DNA of 64,000 nucleotides from a virus, in IMG/VR virus record IMGVR_UViG_3300045988_183830, positions 65,888 through 129,887 of that record; one strand, given 5' to 3'. The position numbers were made by a program, and so were the translations under genes. The notes beneath the pieces were generated by a model, which was not told the DNA's origin, did no database searches, and saw only the letters and a list, made by a program, of their open reading frames with translations. Positions 48,788 to 57,774 of the stretch are shown one piece after another. The number at the start of each line of letters is the position of its first letter. The first letter of the stretch is position 1.

Positions 48788-49152
48788 TTCAGGCACCCGC
48801 CTTCCTTGAGAATGTCCATGACCTTCTCCAACACGGTCAACGGGGCGTTGAAGCCGAAGTCGCCAACGGCTCTGCGAAGAGCTATGAGCAATTCCGCCTG
48901 ATGGTGATAGTCCTTGGCAGCCTGTTCCGTCTGATACAGCCGGTAATCTGTACTCCAGTACATGGAGTTCTGCTGGAAGTAGGGATTTCTGTTCGCATCT
49001 TCGGAAGGAGCCTTGTAGTATCGACAGTCTCTATTGTCTGTCAGCCACTTGGTTCCAACCTTGACCGTGACCTCATCCACCACCTTTCCGTGCCGCCGTT
49101 CGGCATTACTACCGATAATAGGCACGCGGTAGAGTCTCATCTCAACAGCCAT
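48784..49152 (-). CDS. hypothetical protein
   Basis: RBS gaaaggagcaagaaca. Confidence 0.5.
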   Translation of the reverse strand: MAVEMRLYRVPIIGSNAERRHGKVVDEVTVKVGTKWLTDNRDCRYYKAPSEDANRNPYFQQNSMYWSTDYRLYQTEQAAKDYHHQAELLIALRRAVGDFGFNAPLTVLEKVMDILKEGGCLK

Positions 49153-49351
49153 TGTTCTTGCTCCTTTCTTCGTCCGTCAACCCGCCATCCACAGCCATGT
49201 CCGTCAGCGTATTGATGACGCTGGTAAGGCGCTGTGCGAACGGGGTGTAGGGATTCGATAACTCACTGCGGCGTTCCATCAGAATCGCCATAGCGAACTG
49301 AGCGTCATTGACGTTCTTCAGTTCCTCGATAGTCCAACGATGCTTACTCAC
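49142..49351 (-). CDS. hypothetical small protein (GTG start)
   Basis: GTG follows agaggtgag. Confidence 0.4.
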   Translation of the reverse strand: MSKHRWTIEELKNVNDAQFAMAILMERRSELSNPYTPFAQRLTSVINTLTDMAVDGGLTDEERSKNNGC

Positions 49352-49653
49352 TTCTGCTCACCTCTCTTCTTCATTGCTGCCGCATATGCGGCACCCAGTG
49401 CAAACTCCATGGACGTAATCACCTCGGCGACAGTGGGCGCGGGCTTGCTCAAATCACGGGCATAGCCACGCCGGTCGTTCAGGTGGGTGGTCAGGGTATC
49501 GCGCACCTTACCGCAGACCTCCGGCAGCTCCAGTAGCTTGCTCAGTGCGTCGTTGACCTCACGGGCAGGCATCTTGTTGGAAGGGTTGAACAGCAGCTCG
49601 TTCCGATACGTGGACAGAGTGCAGTCGATGAAATGCAGCGTAGATGTATTCAT
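49348..49653 (-). CDS. hypothetical protein
   Basis: RBS gaaaggagaaattatt. Confidence 0.5.
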   Translation of the reverse strand: MNTSTLHFIDCTLSTYRNELLFNPSNKMPAREVNDALSKLLELPEVCGKVRDTLTTHLNDRRGYARDLSKPAPTVAEVITSMEFALGAAYAAAMKKRGEQK

Positions 49654-49686
49654 AATAATTTCTCCTTTCTTTTGAAGTCGATTGCA

Positions 49687-49869
49687 TCAGCAGCCATCAG
49701 CAGGGTAGGGCGGGATGGTAACGGACAGGTTGTAGATGTGGTTGCCGCAGCGAACACACTCGGCATCCTTGTCCCACAACCCACGTTCCTTCATGCCGCG
49801 CACGCTGCCCGTACAGTGAATGGACGGGTGCGTGTCTCGCTCATGTTTGGTGAGCTTCTTGTACTTCAT
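49687..49869 (-). CDS. small zinc-finger protein (60 aa)
   Basis: RBS aaaggagaaacacc. The Cys/His cluster is HCTG...CVRCGNH. This is the first gene after module copy 2. Confidence 0.45.
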   Translation of the reverse strand: MKYKKLTKHERDTHPSIHCTGSVRGMKERGLWDKDAECVRCGNHIYNLSVTIPPYPADGC

Positions 49870-50092
49870 GGTGTTTCTCCTTTCTTTGTTGTCGAAAAAT
49901 GCAATAAATATATAAAAAAAGACAGCTATCCCTGAAATGGGATAACTGTCTGAATTTACGTATGGTGACTTGGAAAACGGAGATAATCTCCTTTATAAAA
50001 ATAGCTTCGTAATTATAATTCTATACTACCACAGTTTGATATTTTGTCAATGATTCTGTGGGTAAAAAAAAGAAGCCCTTTCGGGCCTCTTT
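49870..50092 (-). promoter_or_regulatory. regulatory module copy 2
   Basis: - Terminator: aagaagccctttcgggcctcttt at 50064-92.
- Promoter: TTGACA (50045-50), 16-nt spacer, TGGTAGTAT (50023-31).
- Palindrome: GGAGATAATCTCC (49979-91).
- Leader hairpin: gacagctatccc...gggataactgtc (49921-50).
- The RBS-proximal block is diverged. Confidence 0.6.
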
Positions 50093-50094
50093 AA

Positions 50095-50316
50095 TTACTT
50101 CTTAGAGCGTTTTTCCATCTTTGCCACGAGTTCAGCAAGCTGCTGCTTTGTCTCGCCTCGGACGATTCCTTCGAAAATCTCCCACGCACCATCCTTGCGC
50201 TTGTAAACTGCGGTCTGTGGAGCTTTCTCCTTACGGGCCGTCTCGACCTCATTTTCAGTGAAATCGGGAGGTGAGCCCGCTATTTTGCACCATGCGCGGA
50301 TATATGGATAATCCAT
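50095..50316 (-). CDS. hypothetical protein (73 aa)
   Basis: ATG follows aaaggaag. The ORF-track start at 50493 overlaps the upstream gene. Confidence 0.4.
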   Translation of the reverse strand: MDYPYIRAWCKIAGSPPDFTENEVETARKEKAPQTAVYKRKDGAWEIFEGIVRGETKQQLAELVAKMEKRSKK

Positions 50317-50318
50317 TC

Positions 50319-51029
50319 TCACAGACTTCCTTTCGGTTTGATTTTCGGCGCATACATATCTTTGCCCTGCTTTTCGTAGAAAAGCGTCTGCGTCTTGTTC
50401 GTCCCATCCGGTCTGATATTCTGATACGAAGGATGCTTTGGAAAAGCTGCCATTAGTTTTCTGAACCGCGCCACCGCCTCTGAAGGCTTGCATTTTGCGG
50501 CCACATAGTAGTTCAACGGACTGGCCTGCCCGAATGTCATAACTTCGGAATGGGGACGCTTCATCATCTCGATGACCTCGTCCGTGAAAGCCCCACGGAT
50601 TGAATCCGGTGTCTTGGTTCCATCCTCGTTGGCATAGGCTTCCAGATTCATCTTATCGAATCGAATGAGAGGGTCGATGATATGCTTGCCATCTACGACG
50701 ATGAAGCTGTGGTGGGTAGGGACGGCATCGCCTACGAAGAGCCAGCCGGCATACGGAACGGCGTTCTTCACGCCTGCGGCAACCAGAGCGTCCAGAATGC
50801 GCTGGGTGTTCTGATAGCAGTAGCCGACATCGACCTCCGTGGCATCGAAGGCCTGTCGAATGGTGTCGGTCTCTACACCTGAGGGAAATGGAAGTGTGTT
50901 GCCGTAGCTAAACACTTCCATTGTCCCCGTCAGCGGATACATCTGTGAAGGTATCTTAATAGGCTTTTCGCTGAATGACGGGTTGATGTAGATAGCATGA
51001 GAGCGTAATACCTCAAGGCTACTTGTCAT
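50319..51029 (-). CDS. hypothetical protein
   Basis: The ORF is long and overlaps the stop codon of the zeta-like gene. Confidence 0.5.
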   Translation of the reverse strand: MTSSLEVLRSHAIYINPSFSEKPIKIPSQMYPLTGTMEVFSYGNTLPFPSGVETDTIRQAFDATEVDVGYCYQNTQRILDALVAAGVKNAVPYAGWLFVGDAVPTHHSFIVVDGKHIIDPLIRFDKMNLEAYANEDGTKTPDSIRGAFTDEVIEMMKRPHSEVMTFGQASPLNYYVAAKCKPSEAVARFRKLMAAFPKHPSYQNIRPDGTNKTQTLFYEKQGKDMYAPKIKPKGSL

Positions 51030-51699
51030 TTCTATCTACGTCCTCCTCAGTCTCAGTAGCACTATTAAGTGAATTACAGAGCTTCTTCTCATAGTCGGAA
51101 AGCAGAAGTTCTCCAACATTATTGCTTTTGATGCCTACGAGGTCACAGATTTCCTGTTTGCTCCAGAAAGCATTTTCCCTGCATTTATAGGTGTCGCCAT
51201 GTGCCTTCTTGAATATTCTATCCGTTGAAGAGCCGGAGTTGTCATAAATATGGCAGATGTCGCATAGGTCAACAAAGGCCTGAACCCTTGCCAAAGACTT
51301 TTCGTACCGAGACCGAATCTTTTCTTCAGGTACGTCGTGGCCTCCAGATTGAACACGTTCCCAAACACGAAGTACGTTTACGGATGCGTCTTTCGTAAGA
51401 ACGAAAAAGCCTTTTATGAAATACCCATGCTCTTTTGCATATTTTAGAAATTCCAGTTTTTTATTCGTGGACAAAACTGTCTCGAAGGTAAAATCTTCGC
51501 CCCATTCTACACACTGTAAGCGCATTGCATCAGCCTTCTGTGCCGCTTCCAAATCGCTGCATCCAGTTTCTTTTTTGATGTCGTCTGCGTTGATATACGG
51601 GGGTAGTATATCTACTCTACTTGTAAGTGAGCTTTTACCTGACCCGTTAGGCCCAGCGAAAACGATAATGCAAGGTTTCCGCTGTTTCTCATTTGACAT
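51019..51699 (-). CDS. zeta-toxin/AAA_33-like P-loop kinase
   Basis: Walker A is IIVFAGPNGSGKSS. ATG follows gggagaatcgagt. The alternative start is 51714. Confidence 0.55.
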   Translation of the reverse strand: MSNEKQRKPCIIVFAGPNGSGKSSLTSRVDILPPYINADDIKKETGCSDLEAAQKADAMRLQCVEWGEDFTFETVLSTNKKLEFLKYAKEHGYFIKGFFVLTKDASVNVLRVWERVQSGGHDVPEEKIRSRYEKSLARVQAFVDLCDICHIYDNSGSSTDRIFKKAHGDTYKCRENAFWSKQEICDLVGIKSNNVGELLLSDYEKKLCNSLNSATETEEDVDRNDK

Positions 51700-51904
51700 A
51701 CTCGATTCTCCCATCCGGATACAGTAAATAGGCACACTTTTTCTCTGCATCATAGCGAGCAACAGGAATACCTTTCATTTTTGCCCGTTGATAGGCTTCA
51801 AAGGCTACCGACGAAATCCGACGGTCCATTTCCGCATCCTCTTCGTCACAGTGAGGGTCTTCATATAGGCAAGTTTTGGATACGCCCTTTACGAATTCTT
51901 CCAT
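51689..51904 (-). CDS. small protein upstream of the zeta-like gene (possible antitoxin partner)
   Basis: RBS aaaggaggatacaact. Its position immediately 5' of the toxin-like gene is the basis for the inference. Confidence 0.4.
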   Translation of the reverse strand: MEEFVKGVSKTCLYEDPHCDEEDAEMDRRISSVAFEAYQRAKMKGIPVARYDAEKKCAYLLYPDGRIEYVK

Positions 51905-52037
51905 AGTTGTATCCTCCTTTCAATTTTCAACTCTATTATAGCCCATTTGTACGCTCTCTGTCAAACAGACTATGTATAGAAAGAGAGGACTGCTGCAAAC
52001 AACAGCCCCCTCCAAGGTTATAAAATCTCCTTTCTGC

Positions 52038-52490
52038 TCAAAATGGCAAACCAAGAGGCACATCTGTCGAAGGCAGAGATGTGTTCTCAACAGTGGCCTT
52101 CTGCTGCATCGCCGCCAGAATGGTGTTCTGTTGCTGCAGCAATGCATTCTGTTGGGCAATGAGAGAATTCTGCTTTGCTATGAGCTGCAGCGCCGAGTTG
52201 TAGAAGGCTCGTGCAGGAACAGAGGAATACGCCGCCTCGTCGGGAATGTCTTTTACCTGCTGGGTCTCAGAAAGGCCCAGCAGATAATCAACAGAGACGT
52301 TGTAAACATCTGCGATTTTTGCGAAGCAATCAATGCTCGGCACGATGCGTCCGCGTAGCCATGTTGCGACAGATTCCGGCGCAACACCGATAATCCTCGC
52401 AGCTTCCGTCACGGAGTCACCGTTGTCTTCCATCAATACCGTGAAGCGTTCGACAAAAGACTTCTTGAGCTTTTCCAGAAAGGCATCCAT
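52038..52490 (-). CDS. XRE-family helix-turn-helix transcriptional regulator with Gln-rich C-terminal coiled-coil
   Basis: ATG follows taagggaggtgcccaca. The HTH is NGDSVTEAARIIGVAPESVATWLRG...IADVYNVSVDYLLG. Confidence 0.65.
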   Translation of the reverse strand: MDAFLEKLKKSFVERFTVLMEDNGDSVTEAARIIGVAPESVATWLRGRIVPSIDCFAKIADVYNVSVDYLLGLSETQQVKDIPDEAAYSSVPARAFYNSALQLIAKQNSLIAQQNALLQQQNTILAAMQQKATVENTSLPSTDVPLGLPF

Positions 52491-52504
52491 TGTGGGCACC
52501 TCCC

Positions 52505-53350
52505 TTACAAACGGACGGCTTTGCCGCTGACCCGCATGACATTCAGAGCGGCGAACGCCACTTCAGGATATATCTCCTTCACGGTGTTCCGCAGCTCATC
52601 AAGGCTGCTGACCTCCTTGTCGATAAGCAAAATCGGACCGCTGGAATCACACCAGCTATCCTCATTTGCCACGGAATTGACATCTTCGTTGAGGTTGCCG
52701 CAGTAAATCTGTGCGTCTCGGATGTAGGTGCTGTCCATGAATACCATGTAGCGACCAGCCTCTGAGTTTTCGACCTTTGCGCGGGGAGCGCAGAAGCCAT
52801 TGCCTACGCCACAGAAATCATCGCAACCATCCTCACGGATACGCGGCGCGGCGCCGGTAATGAACGGAGCACGGCAAATACCGGAAGCATCCGCAAAGGC
52901 GCACAACTCAGAGTCGCACTCGCAGCACAGCTCGTTCCGATAAGTCAGAGTAGCGATGGTAGCTGTGTTGTCCTCGCCACGACCGTAAAGCAGCGCAGCG
53001 ATGCCCTTGGAATAGCGTTCGTCGAACCAGTGCCAGATGTCTTCACGAGGAGTGCCGGCGGGGAAGTGGAGGAACGCATCCTCCATCTTCTCGGTGTCCG
53101 GATTCATCGGGACATCCGTGAACTCATCCCACAGTTTTTCCAGCTCGGCGTCTCGCTGCTTCAGCGGCATGAACTTCACCGTCTCAACCTGTCCCTCCAG
53201 CGAAGCGACACGCTTGTTCAGCTTATCGTACTTCACGGCATGGGCGCAGTTGGCATCAGGAACATCCCTATTGTAGCAGACATCGGAGCAAAAACCGGAT
53301 GCGGGGCAAGCCCTACAACGAGTCTTGTTTGTCTTTTTCTTGGAATCCAT
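52505..53350 (-). CDS. Cys-rich hypothetical protein
   Basis: RBS gaaaggagaaaataatc. The N-terminal Cys cluster is CRACPASGFCSDVC. Confidence 0.5.
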   Translation of the reverse strand: MDSKKKTNKTRCRACPASGFCSDVCYNRDVPDANCAHAVKYDKLNKRVASLEGQVETVKFMPLKQRDAELEKLWDEFTDVPMNPDTEKMEDAFLHFPAGTPREDIWHWFDERYSKGIAALLYGRGEDNTATIATLTYRNELCCECDSELCAFADASGICRAPFITGAAPRIREDGCDDFCGVGNGFCAPRAKVENSEAGRYMVFMDSTYIRDAQIYCGNLNEDVNSVANEDSWCDSSGPILLIDKEVSSLDELRNTVKEIYPEVAFAALNVMRVSGKAVRL

Positions 53351-53382
53351 GATTATTTTCTCCTTTCTTTTTTTCAGAGCAT

Positions 53383-53637
53383 TTACGCAAGGTCAGAGTA
53401 GTCGTCCGCGCTCTTCACCACACGAACCGACTGCACCGTGTTCGTGGGGAAATTGTTTTCAGCACAGAAATCGTTGAAAAGCTGCGCCAGCTCTTCAAGA
53501 CCGGCGGAAGTGTCCACGCGGTATACGTCGAATTCCGTCTCATCGTCTTTTCCATCGGCGTCGATGAAGCCAATGGTAACAGACTGCCACTGTCTCATCT
53601 TGCTAACGCATCTCTCTTTACCGTTTTTTTTCAACAA
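53383..53637 (-). CDS. hypothetical small protein; start unclear (TTG) and possibly accessed by +1 slippage from the ATG at 53653 across an A9 tract
   Basis: A good RBS+ATG (gaaaggagaaacagaaATG, 53653) is out of frame with the ORF. The homopolymer T9 on the plus strand (53624-53632) lies between them. Confidence 0.3.
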   Translation of the reverse strand: MLKKNGKERCVSKMRQWQSVTIGFIDADGKDDETEFDVYRVDTSAGLEELAQLFNDFCAENNFPTNTVQSVRVVKSADDYSDLA

Positions 53638-53678
53638 ACTCCTTCAGGGTCATTTCTGTTTCTCCTTTCTTTCAACTG

Positions 53679-53831
53679 TCAACGAATCATCTCAAACATC
53701 TCATCGGGAGAGATATCAAGAAGCTCGGCGCCGACGGACAAAAGCAAATTTCTGACATCCTCGTCTTCGGTTTGGAGGTAAGCCGACTGTACCGCGTTGG
53801 CGACGTCCTCAGGAAAAATCACTGTGTTCAC
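53679..53831 (-). CDS. unlisted small ORF (50 aa), GTG start
   Basis: aaggaggtgtcttca precedes the GTG. The ORF fills the 190-bp gap between flanking genes, and its stop lies 25 nt upstream of the next RBS. Confidence 0.35.
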   Translation of the reverse strand: MNTVIFPEDVANAVQSAYLQTEDEDVRNLLLSVGAELLDISPDEMFEMIR

Positions 53832-53844
53832 TGAAGACACCTCC

Positions 53845-55008
53845 TTACGCCTGCCGGCTTACGATGCTCCGCTCTTTCTCAGTAAGCAGCGCATCATCAT
53901 CGCTCTCACACTGGCCGGCGTTCCAGCTCACACTGGTGGACTCAGTATGCAGGACATTTTCGATGAGGGTGACTGCATTGTCAGCGAAGTTCTCCAAATC
54001 TGCATTGGAGAACGCGAACGGCACCAGCTTCTCAATGATGACATCGAAGGAACCATCATCATAGGTGAATGTGCCGGCACCGCTGCCGAAGTTCGCTTTC
54101 AGTGCCGTACGTACCTCTATCATATCGGCGGGGCGGGGGAAAGCGGCTCTCAGCCAAAAACGCATCTTGTCCTGTCCGGAAGCCTTGTCGTAGTAGACAT
54201 AGCACTGGCACTTATCGCCGCAGATATCCCGCACGCGGATGTCGGCATTTTCGTCAGAGGACGTGTTTTTGGAGGTGGAATCGGTGCTTTTCAGCTCCAC
54301 GAAGGTGGCATCGCTCTCCATGTGCTCACTCAGCCACTCATCAATGTTATCGACCTCGGCAGAGGGAACCTCGACGATGTAGGCAGGACCCACATTGGGG
54401 TAGACCTTAAAGCGCATGGCATCCACATTCCGCCCACCAGCAGGAATCTGTACGGACGCCGGCTTACCGTCGATGGTGCCGAACTGTGCCTCGAACATAC
54501 TGATATAACTGCTGACGTGCTGGAACTGATAGCCGATTTCGGCAGTGTAGTTGGAGGTGAAGCAGTAGAGTGCGTGGCCGATACCCTGACGGGAAATCCA
54601 CCACGAAATCTTCTTGTTCGCACCGTTACGCACCGGCGTAAAGTTGTAGAGTCCGTAGACAAAGGGGATGCCGACACGGACAGTACCACTCTGCGCCTGA
54701 CCCTTGACGGGCAGCTCGTCCCACGCACCGTTCGCGTTCACGAAACGCCCCACGAGGACGTCCGCGCTGCACGTTGCGATGAGATTAGCTTCGCAGGATT
54801 CGATGCCGACCAGCTTCGCATACACAGCCTCATCAGCAGCGTTCACCTCATGGAGACCGACAACAGCCGGTACGAATGTGCCATCGCCGTTGGTAGCTGC
54901 CATCATTACAGCAAAACCATCCTTAGTGATTTCGCCGTTGACGATGACTTCCTCACGGATAGCCTCCATGTTTTTGCCAGTGCGCTCGAAGATAACTTTG
55001 GTTTTCAC
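53845..55008 (-). CDS. hypothetical protein (388 aa)
   Basis: GTG start follows the module RBS gggagaaaggagaaacaa. The ORF-track N-terminus is translated leader. Confidence 0.55.
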   Translation of the reverse strand: MKTKVIFERTGKNMEAIREEVIVNGEITKDGFAVMMAATNGDGTFVPAVVGLHEVNAADEAVYAKLVGIESCEANLIATCSADVLVGRFVNANGAWDELPVKGQAQSGTVRVGIPFVYGLYNFTPVRNGANKKISWWISRQGIGHALYCFTSNYTAEIGYQFQHVSSYISMFEAQFGTIDGKPASVQIPAGGRNVDAMRFKVYPNVGPAYIVEVPSAEVDNIDEWLSEHMESDATFVELKSTDSTSKNTSSDENADIRVRDICGDKCQCYVYYDKASGQDKMRFWLRAAFPRPADMIEVRTALKANFGSGAGTFTYDDGSFDVIIEKLVPFAFSNADLENFADNAVTLIENVLHTESTSVSWNAGQCESDDDALLTEKERSIVSRQA

Positions 55009-55250
55009 TTGTTTCTCCTTTCTCCCAGCCTTGAAGGACTTACGGGAACACAAAAATGTATGTATATATATAAAAAAAGACAGCCATCCCAAGATTGGGA
55101 TAACTGTCTTGATTCTTTATGGTGACTTGAAAACGGAGATAATCTCCTTTATAAAAATAGCTTCGTAATTATAATTCTATACTACCACAGTTTGATATTT
55201 TGTCAACGTTTTCAGATAAAGAAAAAGCTCCCCGAAGGGAGCTTTTTTCA
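55009..55250 (-). promoter_or_regulatory. regulatory module copy 3
   Basis: - Terminator: aaagctccccgaagggagcttttttc at 55222-50.
- Promoter: TTGACA (55201-06), 16-nt spacer, TGGTAGTAT (55179-87).
- Palindrome: GGAGATAATCTCC (55135-47).
- Leader hairpin: gacagccatccc...gggataactgtc (55079-108).
- RBS region: conserved block ...ggacttacgggaa. Confidence 0.6.
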
Positions 55251-55254
55251 CAGT

Positions 55255-55599
55255 TCAAGAACAAGAAAAAATATCACAGAGAACAGAACGCACCTTGGCG
55301 AGAACCTCATCGGGCAGATGGCCGACAACATCGTACTTGTTCGCCATGATGTTGAAATAGCTTACATACTCACACAGGACGGTTCCGCTACGAGGAGGAC
55401 ACGTCTTCTCATCGAGTATAACATGGTATGGGCCGTGCTCAGTTTCGTAGGACAACGGACACACCCAGACGAAATCTGTTACTCCGTGCAGCGTATCGTT
55501 GCTTACAACGAGCAGGGTACTTGTGACACCAAACTTCATCGCGCCGTCGGTGGGGTCGAATTTGGCGATGATGATATCGCCTCTTTTCGGTCTACTCAT
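55255..55599 (-). CDS. PemK/MazF-family toxin-like protein
   Basis: RBS gaggaggg. The segment RGDIIIAKFDPTDG...TLLVVSND...VWVCPLSYE...GPYHVIL fits the MazF/Kid fold pattern. Confidence 0.55.
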   Translation of the reverse strand: MSRPKRGDIIIAKFDPTDGAMKFGVTSTLLVVSNDTLHGVTDFVWVCPLSYETEHGPYHVILDEKTCPPRSGTVLCEYVSYFNIMANKYDVVGHLPDEVLAKVRSVLCDIFSCS

Positions 55600-56830
55600 T
55601 CGAACCCTCCTCGCTGACGAACTGCTCGCGCAGTTCCTTCACGGTTTCGTCGATAGCCTCCTGTGCCAGCACATCAATGCGGGCAATGGCATTGATATAA
55701 TCAATAACCATATCACCTTTCTTGGTCAGGAAAACACGGGCAATGACCTCGCCTTCAGCGTCATCGTCGGGAGTACGCCAGCCATCAATGGAAACGGCGG
55801 TGATAACATCGCCGTAGCCAACGGGAGAATCTTCGCGGAAATCGTGACGGATTTCCGTCCAGTATCCCTGCTTCTCGTCGCTGGGTGCCGGCTCGTCTGT
55901 GATTGTGACCTCGTAGGTGCCGTTGCCGTAGTTGAACCTGCTGGTACACAGCAACAAACGGTCATCATCCATGTTCCAGACGTTGATGCCGTTCGCATCA
56001 TACAGTGCGAGATTCGCAACAACTTTAGCTTCCCTTCGGATAATCTGAAGGACGGCGGTGAAGCCGTTGTCAAACTTGTTGGTATATTCAGCGATAACGA
56101 CATTTGTTGCATAGATGATATTGTTGGGAACATTCTCGCCCTGCATATAGCTGATATACTTCGTTGCGACCACAGCAGGAATTCTGATAGTAGTTGCGTG
56201 GAGCGCCGGTGTGGACGTATCTTTGACGACTTCCATGACATACACATTGTCGCAGTAATCAAAGGTGTAGATGCCCTCCAGCTCGCTTTCAGAAGCCAGA
56301 CACATGACATCAGACATTTCCTCATTCCAGAGGACGGGATTGACATAGAATCCCTTGTCATCAGAGCAAACAGTGACGGTTGCGGTATAGCCATCAGGGA
56401 ACGTCAGGCCGAAGCAACGAACACCGGCATACTTGCCAATACCGGACTCCACAGCGGGAATATGCTCCTCGCCACAAGGCATATCCAGCAGTTCCTGACA
56501 CATTTCGGCATCCTTGGAAGGGACAAGAAGGGTAGCCTTATACCGCGTAGACACGGCAGGCTCATTCTTCTTGAAGCACATCTCAGGATGCTCCTTCAGC
56601 CACGCGGTGATTTTCTCACGGTTCTGCGGCGTGTCAATGTACGTCCAGTCCGGTACGTTGGGCATATCATGGATGATTTTGATACCATCCTTTTCTGCCT
56701 TACGCGCCGCCGCACGGTTTGGGAGGTCGCTCGAATCACTTCTCCGAATGTGCTCCACGTTGGGCACAAAGGGCAGGTCGCTCCCGGTGGGTGTGACACA
56801 GATAACATAACCCTTGTCGTTCTTGTTCAT
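55592..56830 (-). CDS. hypothetical protein (412 aa), overlaps the start of the MazF-like gene by 8 nt
   Basis: ATG follows gaaaggagtatatttt. The ORF-track start is a TTG inside the SD. Confidence 0.55.
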   Translation of the reverse strand: MNKNDKGYVICVTPTGSDLPFVPNVEHIRRSDSSDLPNRAAARKAEKDGIKIIHDMPNVPDWTYIDTPQNREKITAWLKEHPEMCFKKNEPAVSTRYKATLLVPSKDAEMCQELLDMPCGEEHIPAVESGIGKYAGVRCFGLTFPDGYTATVTVCSDDKGFYVNPVLWNEEMSDVMCLASESELEGIYTFDYCDNVYVMEVVKDTSTPALHATTIRIPAVVATKYISYMQGENVPNNIIYATNVVIAEYTNKFDNGFTAVLQIIRREAKVVANLALYDANGINVWNMDDDRLLLCTSRFNYGNGTYEVTITDEPAPSDEKQGYWTEIRHDFREDSPVGYGDVITAVSIDGWRTPDDDAEGEVIARVFLTKKGDMVIDYINAIARIDVLAQEAIDETVKELREQFVSEEGSNE

Positions 56831-56866
56831 AAAATATACTCCTTTCAATTTCGGAAACTCACTTGC

Positions 56867-57772
56867 TTACTCAGGAATGTCGTCAATGTGCAGCACAACG
56901 CCAACGCTGGAAACATATCCCTCATCATCGAGAATGTCGAACTTCCGATGGGGGAGATTGCAGATGACAGACCACGGGCAAACAGAATCGCCAGAGTTGT
57001 CATCGCACCAACGAAACTCGATGTCCGGCTCGCCAGCGGCTGTCTCGTAGAAACCTTGAGCTTTACTCGCAGTCAGCTTGACACCAATAAAGGCGCCGAT
57101 TTCCTGCGTCATAGCGCCCTCGATTTCCACGAGGTCGTCCGATGCGGCATACACCACTACGAGGCCCTTGACGGCCCCCAGAGCCGCAGGAACAACGCTC
57201 CGTTCGTTTCTGTTGTTCAGCTCCGCAGCCCAACGTTCCAGAAACTCGGCATGGGTGACGTCTTTGACCTCCTTGGACTGAGACGCAGCCTCTTTCTCTA
57301 TCAGCTCTTTCAGCTTCGGGCAATGAGCAGCAGGAACAGCCGTACAGAAACCGCCGACAGCGGTACAGTTGAAGTTGTCCTTGTGCATATGCTCACAGTT
57401 GACGCAGTTCGGACGATAGGTAGACTTGAGCACATCCAGCTCATGCCGAAGCGCATAGATGGTCGCATCCGTCTCTCGCATTTTGTCGCTGAGAGCTCCG
57501 ACCAGTTCAGGTACGGAGGCATCGGGGCCGGGGCCAAACCTCTCGCCCAGAATGCGGCGGAGGGTCTCGTTCTCCTGCCTGAGCGTCAGCAGCTCTTCAG
57601 GGTCAAGGAAGGTGTCCTCGAAAGCCGCCAGCCGGTCTTTCAGCCGGTTGCGGCAATAGAGTGTAGAGCACATCTCCTTTACAGCGTCGGATTCGCCCGT
57701 GCGCTCAGACTTACACCGGTTGCAGTCCACACAGGCCTGTCCATCAGGAAGGCGGATGGTGAGTCGTTCCAT
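56867..57772 (-). CDS. hypothetical protein with N-terminal Cys cluster and coiled-coil
   Basis: RBS gagaaaggagactgaaa. The Cys clusters are CVDCNRC...CSTLYC and CVNCEHMHKDNFNC. Confidence 0.5.
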   Translation of the reverse strand: MERLTIRLPDGQACVDCNRCKSERTGESDAVKEMCSTLYCRNRLKDRLAAFEDTFLDPEELLTLRQENETLRRILGERFGPGPDASVPELVGALSDKMRETDATIYALRHELDVLKSTYRPNCVNCEHMHKDNFNCTAVGGFCTAVPAAHCPKLKELIEKEAASQSKEVKDVTHAEFLERWAAELNNRNERSVVPAALGAVKGLVVVYAASDDLVEIEGAMTQEIGAFIGVKLTASKAQGFYETAAGEPDIEFRWCDDNSGDSVCPWSVICNLPHRKFDILDDEGYVSSVGVVLHIDDIPE

Positions 57773-57774
57773 TT

